A stretch of 57,948 nt of DNA, counting the filler, from an uncultured Actinomycetes bacterium (GTDB lineage Bacteria > Actinomycetota > Acidimicrobiia > Spongiisociales > DATADW01), in the NCBI GenBank assembly GCA_963824995.1. It is 4 parts of 4 records of this genome, joined end to end, with 100 filler letters (N's around TTAATTAATTAA, not from the genome) between each part and the next. Parts side by side here need not be neighbours in the genome. Positions count along the whole stretch, not along the records: positions 1 to 13,093 come from CAWGRK010000001.1; positions 13,194 to 24,157 come from CAWGRK010000012.1; 2 more parts are not named here. The stretch is one strand, 5' to 3'. The notes below the pieces were generated by a model. It searched no databases. It was not told the origin of the DNA and was given only the letters and a program-made list of their open reading frames with translations. This document shows, piece after piece, positions 10,801 through 21,695 of this stretch (positions are counted from its first letter, which is position 1; each line of letters begins with the position of its first letter). A program made the position numbers and the translations under genes.

Positions 10801-11597
10801 GTCCATCTTCTCGGCGCCCTTGATGTTGGGGACGATCAGCACCCTGGTCCCATCGGGGCGCACCTGGTCGACCGCCAAGTCCGAGGTTGACCGAGGCGTG
10901 CCTGGCGATGTGCGGCTTGCCGTCGACCTCGGTGTAGGAGACGTTCATCTCCGGCATGTCGGCCAGGGCGCGGGCCACGGCGAACCCGATCATGTGGGTG
11001 AAGCTGACCTTCCCGCCCTGGGTCAGCCGGCCCAGTTGGTTGTTGATCATCCGCCGGTTGACCTCGAGCAGCTTGGCGGGGACGGTCCGCACCGAGGTGG
11101 CGGTGGGGACCTCGAGGCTCTCGTCCATCCGCTTGGCGATCGTTGCCGAGATCCCGATCAGCGGCTGGAGCTCGACCTCGGCGTCCTTCTCCTCCTTCGG
11201 TGGACGGTGGCTCGGCGTCGGGTGCCGGCGGCGGGGTCGTGGCAGCAGGCTTTGGCTCGGCGGGAGCGGCCGGTTTGGGCTCGGGAGCCGGTTTCGGTTC
11301 GAGCGGGGACGGCCACCGGCTCCGCATCGGACGCTGTCTGCTCCGTCGAGTTCGGGTCTCGTTGCGCCGCTTCGGGAGCCGATGCCGCGGCGTGCCTGAG
11401 CTTCGCCGTCCGGAGGTTCCACGCCCGTGTCTTCGACACCCGGTCGACTCGCCGGTGGGACCGCCGTAGTCGGCGAAGAACTCCTGCCAGGCGGGCGAAA
11501 CCGACCCCGGGTCCTCGGCGAACCGGCGGTACATCTCGTCGATCAGCCAGATGTTGGGACCGAAGCTCTCGGCTTCGAAGGTGCGGGTGTCGGCCAT
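7840..11597 (-). CDS. kgd: Multifunctional 2-oxoglutarate decarboxylase/dehydrogenase (E2-like domain fused to E1), several apparent frameshifts
   Basis: [13 protein letters not shown]-terminus, [61 protein letters not shown] across consecutive ORFs. Confidence 0.95.
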
Positions 11598-11644
11598 GGA
11601 TCGCCTGTCGGTCAATCGTAGCCCTGGGTACTCGCTGCGCTCGT

Positions 11645-11679
11645 AGACGGGAGACGGAAGGCGGAAGACGGCAGACGAA
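11645..11679. repeat. Heptamer tandem array, AGACGGN family (5 units)
   Basis: agacggg-agacgga-aggcgga-agacggc-agacgaa upstream of kgd. Confidence 0.8.
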
Positions 11680-11694
11680 ACCCCTTCTCGCTCC

Positions 11695-11780
11695 AGCCCA
11701 GCGGGGGCTGCTCCGCAGCGGGGCGCTTCCCCTTGCGGGGCGACGGAGCAAGCATTGTCTCCCCGCGCGGGGGACGGAAA
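11695..11780. repeat. REP-like GC-rich palindromic element
   Basis: CCCC-ttgc-GGGG and TCCCC-gcgc-GGGGG hairpins; reverse-strand TCCGTCnCCCCGC-like motifs at 11735-11747 and 11766-11778. Confidence 0.6.
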
Positions 11781-11786
11781 ATTCGT

Positions 11787-12172
11787 TCAGTCCCCCAGGG
11801 ACTCGAAGGTCCAGTCGCCGTGGTAGAGGAGGTTGGTGGCGCCCAGTTGGCGGAGGGCGTCGGCCACCTCGACCCGCTCCTCTTCGGCGTCGACTCCGAC
11901 GACGAGGACCGCCTTTCCGGCGGCCAGCTCTCGCTCGTAGACCTCGAGTTCGAGTTGCTCGCCACCGAAGACCGACACCGCCTTGGCGATCGCCCCCACC
12001 ACCGGAGGTCGCTCCTCGGAGCGGTCGAGGTGATCGATCCCGGATTCGCCCGCGCAGCACCTCCACCCGGTCGTGGCCGGAGGCCGAGAGCGCGCGCCAG
12101 CGCTTCATCGACGCCGGATTCTTCGACCACCGCCAGAACCTGCTTTCCGCTGAGAGAGTGCGTTTCGGTCAC
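11787..12172 (-). CDS. Hypothetical protein (frameshifted)
   Basis: MTETHSLSGKQVLAVV... joins ...YERELAAGKAVLVVGVDAEEERVEVADALRQLGA; plausible alpha/beta protein. Confidence 0.5.
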
Positions 12173-12231
12173 GACCTGATCCTATGGCGATCGTCGGGGT
12201 GCGCAACACAGTCCCTCCGTAGACTGACCAC

Positions 12232-13093
12232 GTGAACGATCCGGCAGCCGTCCACCGCCATCGCTTTCCCATCCTTGGAACCTGCAGCTACCTGGTGAGC
12301 CACTCGCTGGGGGCGATGCCGAGCGAGGCCAGGACCGGTCTGGAGCAATACGCCGAGCAGTGGGCGACCCGCGGGAGTCCTCGCCTGGGAAGACGGATGG
12401 TGGGAGGCACCGCTCCGGGTGGGAGATCGACTGGCGCCGTTGGTCGGCGCCCCATCCGGATCGATCGCCATGGTCCCCAATGTCACCATCGCCGAGGCGG
12501 TGATCGCTTCCTGCCTCGACCTGCGGTCGCCAAAGGCCAGGGTGGTGATCGCCGACCTCGACTTCCCCACCGTCGGGTACGTGTGGCATTCGGTGCCCGG
12601 TGCCGAGGTGCGCACGGTGCGGAGTTGGGATGGGATCACCCTCCCCACCGAGACCGTGCTCCAGGCGATCGACAGCCGGGTGGCGGTTGTGCTGCTCAGC
12701 CACGTCCTCTTCCGCAGCGGCGTCCTGCTCGATGTCGGACGCCATTGTCCGCGCCGCCCACGAGGCGGGCGCCATGGTGGTGCTCGACTGCTACCAGTCG
12801 GCGGGGACCATCCCCTTCTCGCTCACCGAACTCGGGGTTGACGCCGCCGTCGGCGGGTCGGTGAAGTGGCTGTGCGGTGGGCCGGGAGCGGGATGGCTCT
12901 ATGTCAGACCCGACCTGCAGGACTCGCTGGTGCCCCGGTTCGCCGGATGGCAGGCCGACCGCGAACCCTTCTCCTTCCGCCCCGGCCCGTTGCAACCGGC
13001 GTCGGGGATGTGGCGGTTCCTGTCCGGGACGCCAAACGTTCCGGCGCTGGCGGCCGCCGAGGCGGCTTTCGGCGTCATCGCCGAGGTGGGCAT
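12232..13093 (+). CDS. kynU: Kynureninase / class V PLP enzyme, truncated by gap, frameshifted
   Basis: YLVSHSLGAMP, DLDFPT, LDCYQSAG, GGSVKWLCGGPGAG (PLP lysine), FLSGTP. Confidence 0.8.
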
Positions 13094-13193
13094 NNNNNNN
13101 NNNNNNNNNNNNNNNNNNNNNNNNNNNNNNNNNNNNNTTAATTAATTAANNNNNNNNNNNNNNNNNNNNNNNNNNNNNNNNNNNNNNNNNNNN
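13094..13193. other. Artificial scaffold gap with linker
   Basis: N-run with central TTAATTAATTAA (stops in all six frames). Confidence 0.98.
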
Positions 13194-15035
13194 GGTGTGA
13201 AGGAGTCGAGCACGGTGTTCGCCATCCCGACCTACGCCTTCGTCGTCACCGTGTTCGTGATGCTGGTCACCGGGTTCGTCGAATGCATCGACGGGGAGTG
13301 CCCCCAGGCGATCTCGGCTGGGACCGAGGTAGTGCCCGAGGTGGCCGCGGTCAGCTTGTTCTTGATCCTCCGCGCGTTTGCCTCGGGTTCGACCGCGCTC
13401 ACCGGGTGGAGGCGATCGCCAACGGGGTGCCGGCGTTCCGCGAGCCGAGAGCGCACAACGCGGCAGCCACTTTGGCGGTCATGGGTGCCATCTCGATCAC
13501 GATGTTCCTCGGAATCAGCACCTTGGCGCGGCTCTTCGATGTACGCATAACCGAGGAGACCGTTGACGAGTTCGGCACCGTCCTCTCTCAGATCGGTCGG
13601 GCCGCCTTCAACGACGGGCTCGGGTTCTGGATACTGCAGGTGGTCACCGCCGGGATCCTCATCCTGGCGGCGAATACCGCCTACCAGGATTTCCCGCGCC
13701 TCTCGTCGATCCTGGCGCGGCACAAACTCGTGCCCCGCCAATTCCGCAACCTGGGCGACCGTCTCGTCTTCTCAAACGGCGTGATCGCCCTAGCCGCCAT
13801 CGCATCGCTACTGATCATCGTGTTCGACGCCGAGGTGACCCGGCTCATCCAGCTGTACGTGATCGGCGTCTTCATCAGCTTCACGTTGAGCCAGGCGGGG
13901 ATGGTTCGTCACTGGCTGCGCATCCGCGAGCAGGGATGGCAGCGTTCGGTGGTGATCAACGCCGTCGGCGCCCTAACCACCGGGGTAGTGCTGGTGGTTA
14001 CCGCTTCGGTAAAGTTCTCCGGAGGCGCCTGGATCGTGCTCGTTGCCATCCCGCTTCTCGTATTGCTGATGGCATCGATCCGCCGCCATTACCTCAATGT
14101 GGCCGACCAGCTCGGCCACGTGCCCACTGCGCCCCCGTTCCCGCGCCGGAACCGGGCCATTGTGCTCGTCTCCCGTCTTGGCGAGGCGACCAGACGCGCC
14201 GTGGCCTACGCCGAACTGATCGGCGCCGAGACGGTGAGCGTGGTCCACATTCGCGAGCCACGGGATGAGGAGCTGGTCGAGACGTGGAGCCATCTCTTCC
14301 CGAGCCTGCCACTGACCCTCGTCCAGCCCGACAAGGATCGCACCTACCGGACGCTGCGCAACCTCATCAGGGCGGAGCGACAGAGCCATCCCGATGCCTT
14401 CACCACCGTCATCGTCCCCGAACTGATCAGGAGTAGGAGCATCTGGTCGGTGCTGGCGAGCCCCCACTCGCTCGTGGTCAAGCTGCTTCTCCTATTCGAG
14501 CGGGGCGTGGTGGTCACCGACCTGACCCAGCAGAGGCGGCCGATCGAGCGCACATTGGTTCTGTCGCCGACACTCGAGCGGCAGGAAGCGGTGATCCTCA
14601 TAAGCGAGGTCACCCAGCCGGCCCGGCTGGCGATCGGCTACTCCCAGCTTCTCGCCAACACGAATGTGCGGGCGGTCCACCTCGACATCGACGAGGAGCA
14701 GCGCGATCGGGTGCTGCGCAAGTGGGACCTCGATCTCGGCAGCCTCGAGGTGGTGGAGAGCCCGTACAGGGGCATAGTCAGGCCGATCCTGCGCTACATA
14801 CGCCGCCTGAGGCGCACCGTCGGACCCAGAGACGCTGATCAACGTCGTCATACCCGAGTTCATCGTCCCCGGCTGGCTTTCCCAGTTCCTCCACAACCAG
14901 ACGGCGTTCGCCATAAAGGCGACACTGCTCTTCGAGCAGGGCGTGTCCGTCTCGAGTGTTCCGTGGCACCTAGCCGCGGGGAACGGTGACCGTCGGGCTG
15001 GCGCGCCCAAGGAAGGCGAGTCAACCGAGCGCTGA
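13194..15035 (+). CDS. APC-family permease, KimA/YdaO-like K+ transporter, 5' truncated, frameshifts near 13405 and 14825
   Basis: GVKES...FAIPTYAF, AFASGSTALTGVEAIANGVP, AANTAYQDFPRL, LGDRLVFSNG, LYVIGVFISFTLSQAGMV, ESPYR, LHNQTA. Confidence 0.85.
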
Positions 15036-15042
15036 TCAATCT

Positions 15043-15781
15043 TCAGCGGTCCTCGTTGGTGATTGCCATCGCGGCCTGACCGGCGAGCAGGACGGCGGTG
15101 ACCTGTCGGTCGAAGTCCATGGTGCCGCCTGGTGAGGGTTCGAGGATGAACCGACCGAGCGACCTGCCCTCGTATTGGACGGGGAGATCGAGCCCACCGC
15201 CGGGAATCTCGAAACCGGTTCTCCTCGCCACCAGGACACCGGAGGATCCGAGCAAACCGTCGATGCCCAGGATGGGCCTTGTGCCGTCGGGCTCACCGGG
15301 GTCGAAGCGGGCGTCGCGCAACCCGAGTTCGGCGACTAGCGCGGCGCGGACCGCCTCGAGGACGTCCCGTGATCCGGCGCCGCCCAGCAAGAGTTTGGAA
15401 ACGCCGTTGAGCCGTTGGAGCTCGTCGTGGTGGGCCTGCCCCTTGCGCCGCTCACCCTCAAAGAACTGCGCCAGCTCACCAACCACCAGACCGATCAGCA
15501 CCAACAGCAGCGTGGTGATGATGTCCTCACGAGAATCGATGTCGAGGCTCAGGTAGGGCTGGGTGTGGAAGAAGTTGAACGAGAGACCGGCGACGACAGC
15601 CGTCACAACGCCGGCGACGCGGCCCGCCTGCTGCGGCGGCTGCAACGACGACCGCCAACAGGATCAGAGCCACGTTGGTGTTGCCCATCCAGTCGCGGAA
15701 CGGCCCGAGCGCCATCGCGATCAGCAGGACGGCGATCCCGCCCCCCGCAGCAGCCAGCCAGTCGACACGTTCCTGTCTCAT
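15043..15781 (-). CDS. DUF4118 membrane protein with GAF-like tail (KdpD-sensor-like, no kinase domain), frameshift near 15625
   Basis: NTNVALILLAVVV...LSFNFFHTQPYLSLDI; ATG overlaps kdpE stop. Confidence 0.75.
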
Positions 15782-16476
15782 CACTGCCTCACCTTCCCGG
15801 CATCCGGTTCGAAGCGGTAGCCCATGCCCGGTTCGGTCACGAAGTACCGCGGCCGGCTGGGGTCGGGCTCGAGCTTCCGTCTGATCTGGGCCATGTAGAC
15901 GCGTAGATAGTTGGTCTCCTCCCCGTAACTGGGCCCCCATACGTCGTGTAGTAGCTGACGCTGCGTCACCAGCCGCCCCGGGTGGCGGGCGAGCAACTCG
16001 ACAATGCCCCACTCGGTTGGCGTCAGCCGCACCTCATCCCCGTCCCGCTGGACCCGCTTGGCGGCCAGGTCGATGACGAAGTCGGCGGTGGTCACCGAGG
16101 CCGGCTCGTCCGATGGCGTCGCCCGACGCAGCGCCGCCCTCAGCCGGGCCAACAGTTCGCCCATCCCGAACGGCTTGGTCACGTAGTCGTCGGCGCCTGC
16201 GTCGAGGGCGGCAATTTTGTCCCACTCCCGGTCGCGCACCGAGAGGACGACGATGGGGACGCTGGTCCAGCCCCTCAGCCCCCGGATCACCTCCACCCCG
16301 TCGATGCCGGGAAGCCCCAGGTCGAGGATGATCGCATCGGGCCGGTGGTTGGCCGCCTCGATGAGCGCCTCCTCACCACTGGCAGCAGAGGCCACCTGGT
16401 AGCCGAGCGCCTTGAGGTTGGTCAGCAGCGCCCGCACGATCTGCGGCTCATCGTCGACGACCAGGACCCTGGTCAC
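15781..16476 (-). CDS. kdpE: Response regulator KdpE
   Basis: VLVVDDEPQI, LDLGLPGIDG, GADDYVTKPF, YLRVYMAQIRRKLEPDP; kdp context. Confidence 0.95.
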   Translation of the reverse strand: MTRVLVVDDEPQIVRALLTNLKALGYQVASAASGEEALIEAANHRPDAIILDLGLPGIDGVEVIRGLRGWTSVPIVVLSVRDREWDKIAALDAGADDYVTKPFGMGELLARLRAALRRATPSDEPASVTTADFVIDLAAKRVQRDGDEVRLTPTEWGIVELLARHPGRLVTQRQLLHDVWGPSYGEETNYLRVYMAQIRRKLEPDPSRPRYFVTEPGMGYRFEPDAGKVRQ

Positions 16477-16500
16477 GGGCGACCCGTCCTCTGGCTGTCC

Positions 16501-16528
16501 AGGTACTAGGTACTGAGTACTAAGTACT
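16501..16528. repeat. Heptamer tandem array, RRGTACT family (4 units)
   Basis: aggtact-aggtact-gagtact-aagtact between kdpD and kdpE. Confidence 0.8.
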
Positions 16529-16532
16529 TGCT

Positions 16533-19034
16533 TCACCGCGCCGCCTTGATCCCGACAACCATGGTGGTGCCGCCACCGGGGGTGTCCTCGACGATCAGTT
16601 CGTGCCCCATCGCCTCGACCAGCCCGTGGGCGACCGCCAGCCCGAGCCCGACGCCGGCACCGTCGGGGCTGTCGCCGAGGCGTTGAAACGGTTGGAAGAC
16701 CCTCTCCCGATCGATATCCGAGATGCCGGGGCCGCGATCCGAGATCCGAAGGTCCACCCGGCCCGCCACCTCTCCCGCCGTGACCCGGACGGGCTTTCCT
16801 TCCGGCGACCAGGTGAGAGCGTTCTCCACCAGGTTGGCAACGACCCGCTCGAGGAGCGCCGGGTCGGTCTGAACGCTGGGCAGCGACTCGGGTACGTCGA
16901 TCACGAGGCGCGACGCCACCTCGGGGCGGCCGGCGATGGCCGAGGCAACCACCTCGTCGAGACCGACCACCTGGAAGAACACATGAACCGCTCCGGTCTG
17001 AATGCGAGAGGCATCGAGCAGCTTGCCGACCATGTCGTTGAGCCGTTCGGTCTCGGAGAGGATCGCCTCGAGAAAGTCGTCCACCTCATCCTCGGACCAG
17101 TCGACATTGGTCTCCAACAGGCTGGTCACCGAAGCCTTGATCCCCGCCAGTGGGGTGCGCAGGTCGTGCGAGACCGCGGTGAGCAGCGCGGTTCGCAGCC
17201 GGTCGGTCTCTGCCATCGACTGCGCCGCCGCCGCCTCCCCCTGGAGCTTCCTGGCCTCGAGCACCGCGGCGAGTTGGGCGGTGAAGACGTGGAGCACGTT
17301 CCAGTCATCGACTCCCAACCTCGACCCGTGCAGAGCCAGCCGGGTACCCGCAGCCAACTCGAGGACCTCACTGGCCAGCTCGGGTGTCGCCGGCACCGGC
17401 TCGCCTGCGCTCGCCACCACCTCCCACCCAGAGTCGGTCGGTCGGAGCACGGCCGCCGCCTCCAACTCGAATGTCGCCCTTATCTGGTGGACTAGATCAT
17501 CGAGGGCGTCGCGGTCAAGGGTGATCGAGCCGGCGAGCGTGGCCAATGCCTCCGCCTCGCGGCGTGCCCTACTCGCCTCCGTCGCGCGGCGTGAAGACAG
17601 ACCCACCAGCCCGCCAACGGCGCCGGCGACGATCAGGAAGACGATCAGGGTGAAAAGGTTGGCGGGTTCGGCGATGGTAAATGTGCCCGTCGGCTCGGTG
17701 AAGAACCAGTTCGCCAGGAGGAAGGCGATGATCGATGCGACAAGCGCCGGGAGGATGCCACCCACGGCGGCGACCGCCACCGTGACCAGGAGAAACACGA
17801 GCAACTCGGTGTCGAGCCCGGTTTGATCTCTGAAGGGAAACAGTGCCGCCGTCGCCAGGACGGGAATGATGACCGCCAGAGCCCACCCGGCAATTCGGCG
17901 GCGTCGCGGCAGACGCGACCTGGGCAGGTTGGGGGTGGCCAGCCTTCTGCCGGGCAACCCGGGGTGCGAGATGACATGGACGTCGATGGGTCCCGACCGC
18001 CTCACCACCTCGAGGATGGGCGAGCCACGCAAGAGCTCCTCCCACCGCGTCCGTCGCGAGGCGCCCATCACCAACTGGGTGGCGTTCTCGGCCCGGGCGA
18101 ACCGGACCAGCGCCTCACCGACGTCGTCTCCCACCACCTCGTGGTAGGTGCCACCGAGATCGGTGAGAAGACGGCGCTGGCTGGCCAGCTCATCGGCAGC
18201 CAGGGTGCCCACGGCCAGTCCGTCCTGGGCGCGCACATGGACCCCGAGCAACTCGGAGCGGGCACGCATCGCCATTCGCGCCGCCCGACGGACGACGTGG
18301 TCTCCCCCGGTGAGGCCGGCGATGGCAACCACCACCCGTTCCTTGGTCTCCCACGAGGCGTCGATACCGTGGGTCTCGCGGTAGCGCTCCAGCGCCTCGT
18401 CGACCCGATCGGCGGTCCACGAAAGCGCAAGCTCGCGCAGCGCCCCCAGGTTCCCCGGACGGAAGAAGTTGGCGAGGGCGGCGTCGATTCGCTCGGCCGG
18501 GTAGATCTTTCCGGCCGCCATCCTCTCCCGGATCCCCTCTTGGGTGAGGTCCACCATCTCGATCTCGTCGGCGCGCCGCACCACTTCGTCGGGGATCGTC
18601 TCCCGCTGCACCACACCGGTGATCGCGGTCACCACGTCGTTCATCGACTCGAGGTGTTGGATGTTGAGCGTGGTGATGACGTCGATGCCGGCAGCCAAGA
18701 GCACCTCGACGTCCTCCCACCGTTTCTCGTGACCCGAACCCGGCACGTTGGTGTGAGCCAACTCGTCGATCAGGGCGATGTCGGGTTTGCGGCGCAGCAC
18801 CGCATCGAGGTCCATCTCTTCGAAGGTGTTGCCCCGATAGGTCACGGTGCGGCGCGGGAGCACCTCGAGACCGTCGATCAGCGCCGCGGTGTCGGTTCTC
18901 CCGTGCGTCTCCACCAAACCGACCGCCACGTCGAGGCCCTCGACGGCGAGCCGGTGTCCCTCCTCGAGCATGGCGTATGTCTTGCCCACTCCGGGCGCAG
19001 CGCCCAGGAACACCCGGAGCTTGCCACGGGCCAT
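16533..19034 (-). CDS. kdpD: Sensor histidine kinase KdpD
   Basis: GKLRVFLGAAPGVGKTYAML, DELAHTN, Usp-like domain, four TM helices, SHDLRTPL, HATPase motifs. Confidence 0.97.
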   Translation of the reverse strand: MARGKLRVFLGAAPGVGKTYAMLEEGHRLAVEGLDVAVGLVETHGRTDTAALIDGLEVLPRRTVTYRGNTFEEMDLDAVLRRKPDIALIDELAHTNVPGSGHEKRWEDVEVLLAAGIDVITTLNIQHLESMNDVVTAITGVVQRETIPDEVVRRADEIEMVDLTQEGIRERMAAGKIYPAERIDAALANFFRPGNLGALRELALSWTADRVDEALERYRETHGIDASWETKERVVVAIAGLTGGDHVVRRAARMAMRARSELLGVHVRAQDGLAVGTLAADELASQRRLLTDLGGTYHEVVGDDVGEALVRFARAENATQLVMGASRRTRWEELLRGSPILEVVRRSGPIDVHVISHPGLPGRRLATPNLPRSRLPRRRRIAGWALAVIIPVLATAALFPFRDQTGLDTELLVFLLVTVAVAAVGGILPALVASIIAFLLANWFFTEPTGTFTIAEPANLFTLIVFLIVAGAVGGLVGLSSRRATEASRARREAEALATLAGSITLDRDALDDLVHQIRATFELEAAAVLRPTDSGWEVVASAGEPVPATPELASEVLELAAGTRLALHGSRLGVDDWNVLHVFTAQLAAVLEARKLQGEAAAAQSMAETDRLRTALLTAVSHDLRTPLAGIKASVTSLLETNVDWSEDEVDDFLEAILSETERLNDMVGKLLDASRIQTGAVHVFFQVVGLDEVVASAIAGRPEVASRLVIDVPESLPSVQTDPALLERVVANLVENALTWSPEGKPVRVTAGEVAGRVDLRISDRGPGISDIDRERVFQPFQRLGDSPDGAGVGLGLAVAHGLVEAMGHELIVEDTPGGGTTMVVGIKAAR

Positions 19035-19035
19035 C

Positions 19036-19067
19036 AGACGGAAGACGGACGGACGGCAGACGGCGGA
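19036..19067. repeat. Heptamer tandem array, AGACGGN family
   Basis: agacgga-agacgga-c-ggacggc-agacggc fills the kdpC-kdpD spacer. Confidence 0.75.
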
Positions 19068-19070
19068 TCA

Positions 19071-19653
19071 TCACGAGGAAGTCTCGCGCTCTTCGAGCGC
19101 CAGGTTGAGCATGAGCACGTTCACCGCTGGCTCGTTGAGGAAGCCGAGCATGGGGTTGACGGTGCTCTCGTCGATCAGCGCCATCACCTCGTCCTGCCGA
19201 GATCCCCGCGCCTCCGCTATCCGAGGAGCTTGGAGGCGAGCGTTCGCCACCGATATGTGGGGGTCGAGACCGGAGCCCGAGGCGGTGACCGCGTCGACGG
19301 GGACGGACTCGTCGGGTCCGAGGCCGTTGAGCTCGCGGTAGGCAGCGATCCGCTCCTCGACCGAGGCCAGGAGGTCGGGATTCAGCGGCCCCAGGTTGGA
19401 CCCACTGGAGATGGTTGGGTCATAGCCGTCACCGGCCGCCGAGGGACGAGGGTGGAAGAACTCGGGGGACGTGAAGCTCTGGCCGATCAGCTCGGACCCA
19501 ACGGGCTGTCCGTCCCGCTCGAGGAGCGACCCGTCGGCGCGGCTCGCCGAAGAGCAGCTGGCCGACGCCGGTGACGGCGAGGGTGTAGGCAAAGCCGGTC
19601 ACCACCGTCATGACCAGCAGCATCAGGATCGAAGGAAGCAGTTGGCGCCGCAT
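19071..19653 (-). CDS. kdpC: K+-transporting ATPase subunit C, frameshift near 19540
   Basis: GSELIGQSF...FHPRPSAAG...SSGSNLGP...[13 protein letters not shown]. Confidence 0.95.
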
Positions 19654-21683
19654 CACACCAGTCCAATCGCGTTGATGATGAGGTCGATGAGCTTGATCCC
19701 GAGGAACGGGATCAACAGCCCACCCAGGCCGTAGACGAGCACGTTGCGACGCAGGATCGCCGACGCGCCGGCCGCCCGGAACCGGACTCCGCGCAGGGCC
19801 AGCGGGATCAGGGCGACGATGATCAGGGCGTTGAAGATGACCGCCGAAAGGATCGCCGACTCCGGCGACTCGAGCTGCATGATGTTGATGCGGTCGAGCA
19901 CCGGGAACACCACGGCGAACATCGCCGGGATGATGGCGAAGTACTTGGCCACGTCGTTGGCTATGGAGAACGTGGTCAACGAACCACGGGTGATGAGAAG
20001 CTGCTTCCCGATCTCGACGATCTCGAGCAGCTTGGTCGGATTGGAGTCGAGGTCGACCATGTTCCCCGCCTCTTTGGCCGCCTGGGTGCCGGTGTTCATG
20101 GCGACCCCGACGTCGGCCTGAGCCAGGGCCGGGGCGTCGTTGGTTCCGTCACCGGTCATCGCGACCAACCGGCCCCCGACCTGCTCCCGCCTGATCAGGT
20201 CCATCTTGTCCTCGGGCTTGGCTTCGGCGAGGAAGTCGTCCACGCCAGCCTCTCGGGCGATGGCGGCCGCCGTGAGCGGGTTGTCACCGGTGATCATCAC
20301 CGTGCGGATCCCCATCCTCCGCAGCTCGTCGAACCGCTCGCGGATTCCCTGCTTGACGATGTCCCTGAGAACGACGATACCGAGCACACGGGTGCCGTCG
20401 GCAACCACGAGCGGCGTGGCGCCCTGCGAGGCGACATCGGCCACCGCGGTGCTCACCTCAGGGGAGAAGTAGCCGCCGTTCGACTCGACCCAGGCCGCCA
20501 CCGAGTCGGCGGCACCCTTGCGGATGGTGCGACCGTCGGTGTCCACCCCGCTCATCCGCGTCTGGGCGGTGAATGGGATCAGGGTCGATCCGCGCAACTC
20601 TCGGCCCCGGAGACCGAACGCCTCCTTGGCGAGGACGACGATCGAGCGACCCTCGGGTGTCTCGTCCGCCAGGCTCGCCAGCTGGGCCGCCTCGGCCAGT
20701 TCGGCCTCGGTGACGCCGGGGGCCGGTATCAACTCCCGGGCCTGGCGGTCGCCGAGCGTGATGGTGCCGGTCTTGTCGAGAAGCAGCGTCGAGCAGTCAC
20801 CCGCAGCCTCCACCGCCCGGCCGCTCATCGCCAGCACGTTGGCCTGGACGAGACGGTCCATCCCGGCGATGCCGATGGCGGAGAGCAGGGCGCCGATCGT
20901 GGTCGGGATCAGGCAGACCAGCAGCGCCACCAGCACCACGATCGCCTGCTCGCCGCCCGAGTAGATGGCGAATGGCTGGAGCGTCACCACCGCCAGCAGG
21001 AAGATGATGGTGAGCCCGGCGAGCAGGATGTTGAGAGCGATCTCGTTCGGCGTCTTCTGCCTCTCGGCACCCTCGACCAAGGCGATCATCCGGTCGAGGA
21101 ACGTCTGGCCGGGGCGGGCGGTGATCCGCACCACCAACTCGTCGGATAGCACCCGCGTGCCTCCGGTCACCGCCGAGCGGTCGCCACCAGATTCCCGGAT
21201 CACCGGTGCCGACTCGCCGGTGATGGCCGACTCGTCCACCGAGGCCACCCCTTCGACGACTTCCCCGTCGCTGGGGATGACCTCGCCGGCCGACACAACC
21301 ACGATGTCGTCGAGATCGAGCGCGGTCGCTGCCACGACCTCGATAGACCCGTCAGAGTTGCGACGGTTTGCCGTGGTCTGGGTCCTGGTTCGGCGTAGCG
21401 AGTCGGCCTGAGCTTTCCCCCGCCCCTCTGCCATCGCCTCGGCGAAGTTGGCGAAGAGGACGGTGAACCAAAGCCAGAGCACCACCTGGCCGGCGAACGA
21501 ATTTTCGGCGCCTGTGGCCGAGCCGAGGTCGCGCAACCAGATGATGGTGGTGAGCACGGCCCCGACCTCGACTACGAGCATCACCGGGTTGCGCACCATG
21601 TGGCGCGGGTCGAGTTTGCGGAAGGCGTCTCCGGCTGCCCGGCGCATGATGGCCGGGTCGAAGCGTCGTACGGGACGTGCCAT
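19653..21683 (-). CDS. kdpB: K+-transporting P-type ATPase subunit B
   Basis: [25 protein letters not shown] motifs; intact 676 aa. Confidence 0.98.
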   Translation of the reverse strand: MARPVRRFDPAIMRRAAGDAFRKLDPRHMVRNPVMLVVEVGAVLTTIIWLRDLGSATGAENSFAGQVVLWLWFTVLFANFAEAMAEGRGKAQADSLRRTRTQTTANRRNSDGSIEVVAATALDLDDIVVVSAGEVIPSDGEVVEGVASVDESAITGESAPVIRESGGDRSAVTGGTRVLSDELVVRITARPGQTFLDRMIALVEGAERQKTPNEIALNILLAGLTIIFLLAVVTLQPFAIYSGGEQAIVVLVALLVCLIPTTIGALLSAIGIAGMDRLVQANVLAMSGRAVEAAGDCSTLLLDKTGTITLGDRQARELIPAPGVTEAELAEAAQLASLADETPEGRSIVVLAKEAFGLRGRELRGSTLIPFTAQTRMSGVDTDGRTIRKGAADSVAAWVESNGGYFSPEVSTAVADVASQGATPLVVADGTRVLGIVVLRDIVKQGIRERFDELRRMGIRTVMITGDNPLTAAAIAREAGVDDFLAEAKPEDKMDLIRREQVGGRLVAMTGDGTNDAPALAQADVGVAMNTGTQAAKEAGNMVDLDSNPTKLLEIVEIGKQLLITRGSLTTFSIANDVAKYFAIIPAMFAVVFPVLDRINIMQLESPESAILSAVIFNALIIVALIPLALRGVRFRAAGASAILRRNVLVYGLGGLLIPFLGIKLIDLIINAIGLV

Positions 21684-21695
21684 GTCTCCGTTCTC

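Noticed and set aside
8754..10823. Long antisense or alternate-frame ORFs (e.g. 689 aa here, 17823..19574, 1877..3532)
   Set aside because: Shadow ORFs of real genes in high-GC DNA with no recognisable motifs.
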